A stretch of DNA of 47,902 bases from Octopus bimaculoides (GCF_001194135.2 NC_068998.1:51158221-51206122), one strand, 5' to 3'; positions 1 through 12,439 are shown, numbered from the stretch's first letter. Notes: a model not told the origin generated them from the letters alone. Made by a program: numbers and translations.

Positions 1-25
1 TATATATATATATATATACATATAC

Positions 26-68
<43 letters not shown>

Positions 69-559
69 TGTATGTATGTATATAGAACAAACACGCTGTT
101 ATATAAATATATAAATATCACACATTTAAATCAAATGTTTTTGGGAATCAACTGGGAATACTATTTCGTGTTTTAATATTTAAAAACATTGCACCACTTC
201 CTACAACATCTCCATTATATATAAAGTTACACGAGCAAAACTATTTAATTTCTAGTGGTTACACACTCACACGCATACACACTCACACACACACGCGCAC
301 ACCACATGTACATACATGTGTGTGTGTGTGTATGTGTGTGTATAGGCATATATACACACATATATATTTATATATTCTATGTATGTGTCTACATTTAGAC
401 ACATAATTTACTCACAATTTGTCGCCCGTATGAATATTTTGGTAGATATATTGCATTAATGCGCAAAAATCGTATAAAAATGATACGTGTTTGTATTCAC
501 ACATGCATACGCACAAACATGCACACATACATACATGTATGTATATTTATATATATATC

Positions 560-807
560 GACACTTTTGAGAGAGTACGTATCCAGCATATAAAACTTAA
601 GCGAGTTGCGCGAAAGCGCACGGCTCGTATAGTGAATGGGGAAAGCTTGGTCTGCAATGTTTGCAGTCGTGTATGCTTGTCAATAGCGGGGCTCATTAGC
701 CACCAACGGAGCCGCAAATGCAAAATATAGGTTAGTCCTAGAGCGCACAATGTTCCTGAAGGTCGGTAATGATCTTCCTCGGTCACGAGTGGACAGCGAT
801 CATCATA
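560..807 (+). mobile_element. RTE-clade LINE 3' end (5'-truncated): C-terminal Cys/His motif plus 3' UTR ending in ATCATCAT
   Basis: Translation DTFERVRIQHIKLKRVARKRTARIVNGESLVCNVCSRVCLSIAGLISHQRSRKCKI* carries the CxxCxxxCxSxxGLxSHxR motif typical of RTE ORF C-termini. It is followed by an RTE-like 3' end (ATCTTCCTCGGTCACGAGTGGACAGCGATCATCAT) and has (TA)n on both sides. Confidence 0.8.
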
Positions 808-2029
808 TATATATATATATATATATANNNNNNNNNNNNNNNNNNNNNNNNNNNNNNNNNNNNNNNNNNNNNNNNNNNNNNNNNNNNNNNNNNNNNNNNN
901 NNNNNNNNNNNNNNNNNNNNNNNNNNNNNNNNNNNNNNNNNNNNNNNNNNNNNNNNNNNNNNNNNNNNNNNNNNNNNNNNNNNNNNNNNNNTATATTGCT
1001 ATTGAGAGAAACCGGCGAGTGATAATATTAGCTACCTTGTTCGAGGTATAAGAATGCAGTTGTGCGTCGGTAGCTGGTTGGAAAAGATGTTTTCCTGGGG
1101 TTAAAAAAAGGTAGTAACATCGTCCTAAACTTGACTGCCAATTTCCATTGGCAAATAGATCTTACTCTCTCCCTCTCACCCCCTCTCTCTCTCTATATAT
1201 ATATATTACATCTATGCATATATATATATATACACACACATACATGTGCGTGTGTGTGTGTGTGTGGTGAGTGTGCGCGCATGTACACGTGTGCATGAGC
1301 TCGTGTGTGTGTGTGTGTGTATGTGTGTGTATACATGCGCAATAAATAACTTGAAATATCGATAATTTGAAAGATGTATATAGATTATATGATGGGTTTT
1401 AACTCACAAAATTTATACGCACTCATGTGCACACACGTATATACATTCACACCACACCCACAAGCACACACACATACACAGATATATATATATATAAACA
1501 AACAAGTAATTACATGCTTATGGATAAACTTAAAACACAAATTTTGTCTTAAAATAAAATATCTTCAAGTGAATTGTATAGTTTCTTTAAAAGCTTTTTG
1601 CTAAAACGAATGAAGAAGCCATTAAAAAATATCAGAAATACTTTATGTATGTTGAATAACGAAGAAGAGTATAGAGCAAGAAAACTAAGATCACCGCTAT
1701 CACGAATCTTCCGTTTGAGACGTTGGGTAAAAAGAGAATTGGTGCAAATAATGTCCTTTCATGAATTTTGGCCAGGGGCCATCTATGATCAAGAATGTAA
1801 AGTTAAGCATGGCTTTTCCTTTCTTTTCTCGGATATTGTTTATGTCGGACTACTTTAACAAACGTTCCCCCGAGCATTTCGTTTTGAATGGTTTTTAGCT
1901 AGAGTGTCTTGCAAGCTGACTGACAAGTCAGACAGTCCTACACTCTCCTCGGGGAAGGGCGTGGAAGAAGTGGAACGAGAAAATGAATGAGCAACAAGAA
2001 AACGGTGATTGCTGGCTGTTTGATGGTTT

Positions 2030-2256
2030 CCTTCTTCTTCTTCTTCTTCTTCTTCTTCTTCTTCTTCTTCTTCTTCTTCTTCTTCTTCTTCTTCTTCTTC
2101 TTCTTCTTCTTCTTCTTCTTCTTCTTCTTCTTCTTCTTCTTCTTCTTCTTCTTCTTCTTCTTCTTCATCGTCATTATTAGTCTCATCTCCAGCACTGTCC
2201 CCACAAAGGCAACAACCCCACCACTACCGACATTATCATCATCATCGTCGTCGTCG

Positions 2257-2304
<48 letters not shown>

Positions 2305-2420
2305 ACTTCATCACCAACGTCATTATCATTACCATCACCACCACCGCAACCATTACGGCCACCACCACCACCACCACCACCATCATCCTTACCACCATCA
2401 TCAACAACAATAACAGCACC
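2030..2420. repeat. Compound trinucleotide microsatellite (CTT)~45, then (CAT/CGT)n, then (CAC/CCA)n
   Basis: Read directly; it produces the poly-K/L/F/S/P ORFs in the track. Confidence 0.97.
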
Positions 2421-2937
2421 AGCATAAATGCATATGCAGTAAATTTAACTTGCAGATTGATAAATACGTCAATACATCGTTCTGTCTAATAGTTACAACT
2501 GATTGATAAAAGTGACATGCTGAGAAGTAGCGAGATGCTCAAACAGATAGCATATTGATCTGTCAGTTTTGTTCTTTTGTTTTTGTTCGTTGTTTTTTAT
2601 TTATAATTTTATCTCGATTTCGAATCAGCTTCAAGCTTTTTCTTTCGTATTGAAAACTATTAACTGATATCCATCCACGACTTCTCCGCTTTACTTCAAA
2701 GTGATATATATCACGTCTTCCGATAATGTTACCTGTTGTTGATCGGCAGCCCAACTTGGAGATATTCATCTGACGTTCATTAAACGCCTAATGCTTAATT
2801 AACTAGTTTTAACCCGATAAAAATAGCGCGTGGCTCTGCCATTTAATTGTTATCTCTGCGATTGTTAATCGTAATAGCCCAGATTAACCGGATAAAACAG
2901 CGTTAAAACGGACTCTGAATATTGCAATTCTTTAAGC

Positions 2938-3329
2938 GAATTGTGTTTATTGGCCCTCCGTCGCTTACGACGACGAGGGTTTCAGTTGATCCGATCAACG
3001 GAACAGCCTGCTCGTGAAATTAACGTGCAAGTGGCTGAGCACTCCACAGACACGTGTACCCTTAACGTAGTTCTCGGGGATATTCAGCGTGACACAGTGT
3101 GCCAAGGCTGGTCCTTTGAATTACAGGCACAACAGAAACAGGAAGAAAGAGTGAGAGAAAGTTGTGGTGAAAGAGTACAGCAGGGTTAGCTACCATCCCC
3201 TGCTGGAGCCTTGTGGAGCTTTAGGTGTTTTCGCTCAATAAACGCTCACAACACCCGGTCTGGGAATCGAAAGCGCGATCCTATGACCGCAAGTCCGCTG
3301 CCCTAACCACTGGGCCATTGCGCCGCCAC
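2938..3329 (-). mobile_element. Full-length tRNA-derived SINE (Arg-like head; family C here) with 8-bp TSD
   Basis: Minus strand begins GGCGCAATGGCCCAGTGGTTAGGGCAGCGGACTTGCGGTCATAGGATCGCGCTTTCGATTCCCAGACC (Pol III A- and B-box). CTTTAAGC occurs at both 2930-2937 and 3330-3337. The 3' half is homologous to 40551-40762. Confidence 0.9.
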
Positions 3330-3486
3330 CTTTAAGCCAATAAGGCACGTACTACTAGCTGACGCAACATATCTGTGAACCCTCCCACTAATGATACTAG
3401 GTATCTTATGTTCAAGAGGTTTATCTCTGCTCTATTTTGTCCGCATAAACGCTTCAAATGAACAAATAGTCGTTTTGCGAATAATG

Positions 3487-3520
3487 TGAAGGCGCGTGGA
3501 CTAGTGGTTACGGTGGTACA
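3487..3520 (+). mobile_element. SINE head fragment (family C-like)
   Basis: GAAGGCGCGTGGACTAGTGGTTACGGTG resembles the A-box region of the heads at 36365-36488 and 3324. Confidence 0.5.
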
Positions 3521-5544
3521 CTTTCCAATGATTCTAGTTTATAGGGATTATCAACATTTTTTTCCTCCTTTGATACGATTCGTCAAGAGTAGCCTCCTAC
3601 TGGACAGTCTACTTGCTAGAAATTGCAGTCAAATTGATTGCCCACAAATTACAGCCGACTGTATTGAAACAAAGGTAGTGGACGAGGGGACAGTATAACT
3701 GCTAGACAGGACATATATCGAATAAAAGACTAGATGTCTTTTATTCTGCTCTATCGTGTTTGACTCTGGCTGAAACGATTTTGATCATAGGTCTGCTTAA
3801 CCAGGACTAGCTGAGGACCAAACAGCAACAACAACAATAACAACAAACAAAATAACAACCTATTAAATGATCGTCATATAAACAAATTTATCTGTTCAGC
3901 TGCATAGAATTTCTCTTATTGACTGTTGTCGAAGTAAACTCTCGCATTATTTTTAATGTATCTCATATATATCGCATCAAATTTCTCTGGACTTAATCAT
4001 ATCAATAGAACTAAAGCAATAAAACAAAAGAAAGGAAAAAAAAACATCTGCCGTTCAGTCTTTTGCAGTAATATTACAGTTCGAAGCAAAGCTAATAGTT
4101 AATTATCATTTAATTAAATCGTTAGCTTGTTTCGGGTTATTTCTGTCTGATAATGACTGTATTTAACGTTTGTCAGAATATTTATTAATGGAAGTAGAAC
4201 AAGTAAAAAAGAGAATAGAAAAAAAAAGCAACCTTCAATGAAAACATCTCTGAATAATTATATTAAATAGATAAACACAATAGTGGATTTATCAACTACT
4301 CTAATATTGTTTTTGTCCATTATTAAACAAACATCCGTTAAGTGTTATTTGAGTTGCAGGCTCCACTGAGAACTGGCCTGTTTGCCTCTTAACTAATACA
4401 GGCATTCCATCGTATCTCTGTCTACAGGATAGATTTACTGAACTAACTGTCAGTGGTTACTGATGCGTAAGAGAGTGATAGCCATTGGTTTAATTAAGTG
4501 ATATGAAACGACTATATCCTGCCAATATCCGTTCATTATCAACAGGAAGCAAGTGATGAGGCTTTAGTTATAGGCTCTTAGCCAGTGCAACTTTCTTTCG
4601 ATTTTCCACGAGTTACGCGATTAAAATATTCGCTTTATATTTTGTATCCGATTTTGCTTTTGTTTTTTAATCGCATTAAACTCCACCGATTTTCACACAG
4701 TTTAACTGAAAATCCCCGGTTACTGTATACATATATTTTTAAGAATTTCGTATAGAATTAAGCAAAGAGTATTTTCTGTTTCGTATAGAAAATGTAGCTA
4801 AACCCACCCACACATATGCGCGCGCTCACAAACACACACACACACGCACATACACACTCGAACACATGCACGCGCACACTCACATACACTCGCACATGCA
4901 CGCACATGCAAGCGACCTTAATGACGTCAATTCAAAATTATGGACAATGGTGATACAAATTGAAGTCTTTCGACTGTGATGACGTAAGTTAGACAGTTCT
5001 AAGACTTTAAAGATACAAACTGAATTAAATGAATTTCTAAAAAATAGTGTGTTTGTTGAAAGGGCTTTAATCTTCAGATTTACTGAGTCAGCACGTTTAC
5101 AGATTAGTTTTTAATAAACTGTAAACTGAAAAATGAAAGATCATTTTATCGCATGAACATTTATTACATCTATGTACAAAGATTATACGTTATTAACAAA
5201 CTATTATATGAATGAGAATAACGCTGCTAGATTGCATACACTGTAAGACTTGCAGAAGACTAATGAAACAGTGGTATGTTAGAGCAGGCTAATATCTAAT
5301 TAAATCACTTTGAAGTAAGAAATTACAGAAATTAAAAAGACATAGACCAAGGTTAATGATCGCATTAAAACCACTCTCCAAATTTAGTTTTCTTAAAGAC
5401 GAAAATTCCGTATTCATAGTGTCGTTTTGATAAATTCTTTCAGATGCGAAACAATTTTGATGATCATTTTCCTTTCAATAAATTCCTGCAGTTTACATTC
5501 TGCGATCAAATTTCGTTGCGATTGTATTTGTCTTTCCGCTTGAC

Positions 5545-5640
5545 AGTGTTGATAAAAACAGCATCAGTTGAGTTCTGAGGTCGACGTAATCAACTTGTCT
5601 CTCTCTGAAATTGCGAAATTTGTACCAAAATTTAAAACTG
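5545..5640 (+). mobile_element. Degenerate SINE family A 3' fragment
   Basis: GATAAAAACAGCATCAGTTGAGTTCTGAGGTCGACGTAATCAAC...AAATTTGTACCAAAATTTAAAAC aligns with the tails at 5989-6108 and 22870-22960. Confidence 0.65.
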
Positions 5641-5988
5641 CAGTGGAAGCATGATTACTCTTGAACTTTGGCTGCCCATACTGTGGCGTTTTACTTTACA
5701 TATTCATTTTGTTTCACCCCGTGATGGTCAGGTCCATTTAGAATTACTTGGACCGTCCAACCCTTAACGTAATGGATTAGTCTAGCGTTTGTACATCAGC
5801 TATAAAATGGGATGTCTTGTCCCGCTAAGTCCAGCGGGAGGTGAGTTTGCCACGAGCGACCTGTGACCTTTGATTTCCCTTTGCTGTTTACACCATGAAC
5901 AAAATTCAAACCAGAATTCTGTTCGTTATGCTTCGCGTTTTACCAGCATTTAAATAGAATTGTAGCCAGAATTTGTGTAGTAATCTTA

Positions 5989-6108
5989 TTTGCCTTTCAT
6001 CTTTTCTGGCTCTATAAAACAAGTACCAGTTCAGCATTGGGGTCGATGAAATCGCTTTACCCACTCCCCCGAAATTTCTGAACTTTTGCCAAAATATGAA
6101 ACCAATAC
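5989..6108 (+). mobile_element. SINE family A 3' half
   Basis: TTTGCCTTTCAT...AAGTACCAGTTCAGCATTGGGGTCGATGAAATCG...CCCCCGAAATT...CCAAAATATGAAACC; homologous to 22846-22962. Confidence 0.8.
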
Positions 6109-7025
6109 ATTACTTCAGTGTTTAAGTTTTAAAACATTTTTTTACTAAATATGAAATTTAAGCAGTCTTCTATCTAATTAATTAGAATTACTCTAGTGTA
6201 AATCGAGTTAATTTTAATTATTCTAATTAAATAAAAACTGTTGGCGTTATTGTACGACGATAGTTTGTCGGCATTTTCACTTGTTATCATTTAAATGTTG
6301 GCATTTTAGTATTCCACACAATATCAAGACACGGCAAATTGGATGCTGGAGATGGCAAACAATGAATGGATAAAACAAAGCCGATGTGCTTTATTCCACA
6401 AATGATTTGCGACATAACAAAAACATTTGGAATATGGCAAAAGAAATGGCGGCGCAGATGCAGGCATGGCGGTGGAGACAGATTGATATTCTGGCAAATA
6501 ATGGTATAGATTAAGCTAAGTTGTTTTATATGTTTATATTCTAAGTTAGTGTATGTATGTACCATTCTATATTCCTGATACACACGCACACACACAAACG
6601 TAAGCGTGTATGAAAAAAGTGAAAAATTTGCAATATTTTCATTGGAATATCTAAAGCAACATTCTTCTGAAAGATTGGAAGACATATGTGTACAGTATAC
6701 AATATTATTATCGTATATCAGTTAATATATTCAGTATAGCAAACCACTGCAAAGAAATATATATGCAAGGACGTCCGAATTTTTATGGGACAGTTTACCA
6801 TTTATTCGAAATAAATACGTATAGTAATGGAGAATGTTTGTTGCCAGCAAGAATAATGTTTGGATAAGTTGAGTGCAAAATATGAGGTCGAGAATATTTA
6901 TTGAAAAATTATTCCCAACCAAATAGCAATATATTTGCATTTGTAAGGCTAAATGGTTTACCTCTTAATTACACATACGGAAATTGATTTACAAATGCAT
7001 GCGTATGTATGATGTATGATATATG

Positions 7026-7130
<105 letters not shown>

Positions 7131-7624
7131 CATATATAAGTATATCTATCTATCTCTCTCTCTCTATATATATATATACACATTCATATCAGAGTGGGAG
7201 TATGTATATAAACACAAACTGAGTCAGCGCTCACTGGAAAATCTGTAAAATGTAGCAGATTTTCATAACTGTTTTGGTGCATATGTAATTGTGGCTAGAT
7301 ATAGACACTCTTTCAGCCCTCACGCTTGCTCCAATGGAAAACTTAAAGTGCAACTACAAGAGAACAAAAATCGCTGAAATAACACCTATGTGCTACATAT
7401 TAGCTACTGTGCACGCAGGAACCACTTGAAATGGAATGTGTTTCTTCAGAACGAAAAGCGATACCGGATCGAGGTATTGAATTTACGAAGTTGCGATCAT
7501 GAACCAAGGCCACACATCTTTCCGCCATAAACTCACACAGACATCACACACCAACACACACTCACATACTGATATAAATATATATAACCTTATTCCAAAT
7601 ACTCGCGCGCTTGCACACACACAT

Positions 7625-7670
<46 letters not shown>

Positions 7671-9049
7671 TAAACAAATATATCGGTTTCGCAGCAAAGT
7701 TTTCCAGTTATCTGACACGTTTTTTATGATTTGTTTGCAGCACACATTTACTGAATTGAAATCAAGCATAAAATTCCATTTTTGATTCACAGATATATGG
7801 CTCCAGTGAGGAAGAAGTAAAACCGTTTTGTGGTATCTTTTTTTTACTTTTCCATCACTATACCTCTTCTCCAGATTGAGGTGTGCTACAACAGAAATGG
7901 CTAAATTTATCCAATACTTCTTTTTAGATGAGAAAATAGATTAGTGTTCCTTCGAATGTTTGTAATTTGCTATTCCACATCCCGAATGTATAATATCTTA
8001 TTCAATTTTTCGATGCTAATTTCACGCTAGGCTGATTATCGGAACTGGTTACAGCCATAATTTGGTGTTGGAAACGTTATCAAACAATCAACTATATCTT
8101 TCTCAGATGATTATTCACGTTTTCTTCCAATTTATTCTCTCTCTCTCCTAACATAGAGAATTGAATTAAATTCGTTGATACGTTTACGTGTATTTGTCCT
8201 GATGGCGATTGTGTTGGCCGCCATTTTTATTTCGCGAAGGACATAAAAACGCTAGTTAGTGTGTATTATGTTTAATACATAAGATGTCTTATTTTTTTGT
8301 TCCGTTTTTCACCCGAAGGAGAGATGGAATTATTTGTTACATAAATTCTGTTTTCTTTATTCTTAATAGCTACTCTTGTAACTCATTATGCTATATTCGG
8401 ACCGGGGATCTAGATAGGATTTAAGCAATATTATTTCATTTACAACTGTCTGCTATTTTACTACTGCCATATGATATCTGGTGAACATGCGCAGAATTCT
8501 TGTTGTTATTATCCTTCATACTGTTATTGTCACTATTCTTAGGTTTGTTGTTGTTGATGTGGGGGTTTGTCATAGTTCTTTAGAAACCTGGGTAAATCTG
8601 GGTAAATCTAGCCGTTACCCCCATTCCTTCTTGTGTTTCTATAACTGAATGATCCAATGGTTTCTTTTTAAGATGCTAAAGTGTAAGACGATGGACATTG
8701 ATTTGACTGCTATTTCTAGCATGTTCTGCAAAACCGTAGGCTTTATTATTGAATTGTTCTGTTTTTGACGCGTAATAAAAACAAAGGAGGATTGTCTCCA
8801 CACTTTTCCTTATTATCCAAACAATAGAAAATCGTGTTTATATTTAAATATATTTCAGTTATTATTGACGCCGAGTTGTACATGATTCCAGACATATATA
8901 TATATATTCATATATTGAGGGTTCGCCTATCGGAAATGACAGATAAACAACGTGCACAAGTGATTTATTTAGATTTTGTGTTGTACATTATCTTATTCCC
9001 TCCATCAAAACGACGTTGCCTGTAAAGATGCCTGATGTGCCAAATGCCA

Positions 9050-9165
9050 GATGTGGATGAAATCGCAGAACAACGTAAAACGAAGTGCTTCGCTCAGAAA
9101 TGCAGAATAGAAACCACAATATTGCGATCGTGAGTGCAACACACAAACAACGCGCCTCCACATTC
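9050..9165 (-). mobile_element. Degenerate SINE head (family C-like)
   Basis: CAACGTAAAACGAAGTGCTTCGCTCAG...GAAACCACAATATTGCGATCGTGAGTGCAACAC...CGCGCCTCCAC is similar to 36365-36488 and 31700-31820. Confidence 0.7.
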
Positions 9166-9166
9166 A

Positions 9167-9198
<32 letters not shown>

Positions 9199-9500
9199 CA
9201 CGGAGCGGGACATTTAAAGTTAGGAACGTACACGAGCTGACGTAGTGAATACTTTAGAAATAGATGCTAAATGCTGTTTTCAACTGAAGATCGCAAAGCA
9301 TGTTTATCATGCAAAGCATGAAATCAATTGGTATTGAAATATGCATTACCTATCTATGTATTCCAAGCAAGGGTAAGCCTATTTTTGAAATGTTCATTGC
9401 ATTGCTCGTGTGCATCTTTATCGTAATTTTTATAGTGGTTCTTTGGAGCATTGGCTCTGATTTTAGCAAGTGGTATTATATACCCTACCTTTTCTTAAAT

Positions 9501-9504
<4 letters not shown>

Positions 9505-9562
<58 letters not shown>
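9505..9562. repeat. (TA)n microsatellite
   Basis: Read directly. Confidence 0.97.
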
Positions 9563-9571
<9 letters not shown>

Positions 9572-11491
9572 AACATACATATATACATAGAAACATACAT
9601 ATGCATATTTACATATACATACATAGATATTTATACATTTGCACACACATACGTGTGTGTGTGTGTTGCTTTTTAATTATGCTGAGCGATAGAACGTAAG
9701 CATTGCTCGGTGAATAGAATTACATACTAACATATTAAGATATTACGTCAGATTAACCTTGCTGCGTGTTTCTGTTCTATTTCTGAGATTGAGTTCCTTG
9801 ATGTAGAAAGACACGCACATGATGAAATGTAAATACAGAGTTCAGCCTCATATTACTAACATAGAAAGCTGCATGCATACACATCGCGGAGACACACACA
9901 CACATACAGTGTTGTACACATCTTCACTAATTCGCTAGTATATTTGATGCCAATGACGTTAAAAATATGTAAAAAAAAGGTTGTTTATTTAATGATGATT
10001 ATTAAAATACATTTAACAGATCCTATGTAAAAGAAATCTCAAAGAAAAGATACAGTTAAAATTGTTGTGGGGAAAAACAAACCATTATTAAAACGGCTGT
10101 TTCTAAAACGATAGAGGAATTATTTAAGAAATAACTACAAACACTTCGTAATCGATGCTGTAACATATAATTTTAGTTTCTTGATATCTTTCAGAGACTG
10201 TTCAAAACACAAAATACATAACAGACAAATATATAAATAAAAATCAGTTAAGCATACAATTAAATATTATGTAATATTATGTGCAACCTAAGTAAAACAA
10301 CAATGCATGCTAGATGCTTCTCTGTAATAATGAAATAACTTTGGTTTTCATAAAACTAGAAACTATGGTTTGCGTGTATGTGTATGTGTGTGTGTGTGTA
10401 TGTGTGTATGTGTGTCGGTTTCAAAACTTAAACAGAAGCATGACAATGAACGAAAAGAAAATTCACACACAAGACAGACAAGCTCTTTCCTCGTCAGGTA
10501 TCGATCAAAAGATAATTACAATTACAACAGAATGAATGTTCAAGACCAACACTGAATGAACAGGGCTTGATAAATAAGAAGCAAGCTTAACACTTTAATA
10601 TATAATTATAAATATTGAATTTTTATATTATATATCATATATCTATTTTATACACATACACACATCTGTCTGCTATGAATATGTATGCATTTATATACAT
10701 GTACACATATTGCTGTTTTAATCAAAATAGTAAAAAATATGCTCATCAAAATATAGGAAAACTTTAAGGATAGAAGAAAAGAAGAAAATTAACGCAGATT
10801 GAAAATGTAATAGTCGTTTAACAAACCGAAACATTAATAAAATGAAATATATTTTACCTTACTATATTTCTCCAGACAACACTCTGTTCCACTAACGCAC
10901 AATTTTCAAATCCAAACCATCTATTGAATACGTGACATTTTTTGTACATTCTCCATTACCTACACAGGAAGATTCCTAACGTCTTTTAATTAAGCCTAAT
11001 TACACAGGCTAAAATCACCTCCAAAATTTACGGAGAGCAACGCGTATGATTATTTGTGAGCGATGTCGTAAGAAGGTTAATGTCACATTTTAATGAGATT
11101 TGCTCAGAGCTTTCGGTTAATAGCATTCCGCGGCAAATGCGGGTTTGACAGAAGATGGATACTTTAAATTAAATGAGAAATCTATATCTGATAACTTCGG
11201 GTTGATACGGGGAATTAGAGAATTAGCAAAACACGTCCTACGTCAAAACCAGTTATTTTACTTGCATTTATCAGCGTCACTTGCAGATAAATGTCTATAG
11301 CATAAATTGCTGAATTGGCCGGTTTCTGTGGTCAAGATTTCCTAGCATCGGTATTGGTAATGTGAATTGGCATATGACTGATTTTCAAAGAATTAAGTAG
11401 CTCTGCTGAATACAGCGCTTCTTGGTCGCCAACAGCATCAGAATGAAGACTTTTTATTTTAAGAATATTCTTTCCTGAAATATACACACAA

Positions 11492-11525
<34 letters not shown>

Positions 11526-11973
11526 TGCATATTGAAATACATCATTCCTTTGCAGTGAAAATGGTTCAGAATGTTGCCAAAATTATTCTCTAATTTTTTT
11601 CAGACATGTTATATTAAATCTTTCATTCTTTTGCTATTGAGTTGATATAAGAGAAAGAATTTCAATAGAATCATTGCATAAGGTAATTAAATATAAAAAT
11701 AGAATTCCTCTCGCGTCCAACTGCAACAGTCAATTAGCATGGTACTCACAAGTGTATGAGATTCTGTAGGACATGTGCAGAGACAAATTCGATCTCTCAT
11801 ATTAGTGAAACAGATAAACGACAAGAGATCTAAACGCAGAATTTTCTCCAGCTTATGTTAATAATGGAAGACTGCTGTAGCCATCCTTATTTCTGGAATA
11901 ATTTAACTAAAAATCACCCCAGCTCCTAGAATAGCAATCTCCATCAAACAATGAGCAATTATAGATCACATTT

Positions 11974-12093
11974 GTCAATGTCAATGTCAATGTCAATGTC
12001 AATGTCAATGTCAATGTCAATGTCAATGTCAATGTCAATGTCAATGTCAATGTCAATGTCAATGTCAATGTCAATGTCAATGTCAATGTCAAT
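11974..12093. repeat. Perfect hexanucleotide array (GTCAAT)20
   Basis: 120 bp of uninterrupted GTCAAT; source of the TLTL and IDID ORFs. Confidence 0.98.
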
Positions 12094-12145
12094 CCTGTGA
12101 TTCAAGCAGCTGGCAGTGATGCATGGGTGTCTCATTACAAACAAT

Positions 12146-12400
12146 GAGGCGAGCATCGCAACTCACTGGCAGAGTCATTAAAGTGTCAGATAAAATTCCT
12201 CATTATTTGTTCTGGCTTTTTGCACTCTGAGTTCAAATCCCGCCAAGGTCAGCTAGGCTTTTTCATATTTTGGGCCTTCGATAGAAAAGTACAAATGGAA
12301 GGCAGTGAATTGATGGAATTGCAAGAAGGCCAGAATGGTTACCGTGCGGTATTTGTTCAGGTTCTTTATGCTCTGAGTTCAAATCCCATTTCATTTATTT
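12146..12400 (+). mobile_element. Two degenerate SINE family A copies head-to-tail
   Basis: Two B-box modules CTCTGAGTTCAAATCCC (about 12226 and 12372), each preceded by a decayed GGCGAG/CTGGCAGA-type head. Confidence 0.7.
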
Positions 12401-12439
12401 TTTTTCTTAAAGAAGGGTTTGGTACTTTTTCCTCCCACT

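Noticed and set aside
1574-1858. 94-aa ORF and other complex stretches (12713-12907, 19500-19900, 22551-22900, 33005-33208, 40993-41397)
   Set aside because: I translated several frames by eye and found no recognisable motif or consistent exon boundaries. Left unannotated.
3255-3329. tRNA-Arg-like sequence
   Set aside because: It continues into a SINE body bounded by a TSD and lacks a proper acceptor stem, so it is a SINE head rather than a tRNA gene.
3341-3350. TAAGGCACG matching the 5' end of miR-124; also TACCCTGTA (miR-10-like) at about 37811
   Set aside because: Only 9-nt matches with no hairpin; the second lies inside Penelope coding sequence.
4922-4929. Palindromic CRE TGACGTCA here and at 27165-27172
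   Set aside because: Two 8-mers in 48 kb are compatible with chance; no supporting context.
11974-12093. Tandem arrays here and at 30419-30469 as CRISPR-like or telomeric repeats
   Set aside because: No spacers, and the units are not TTAGGG; these are ordinary tandem repeats in eukaryotic DNA.
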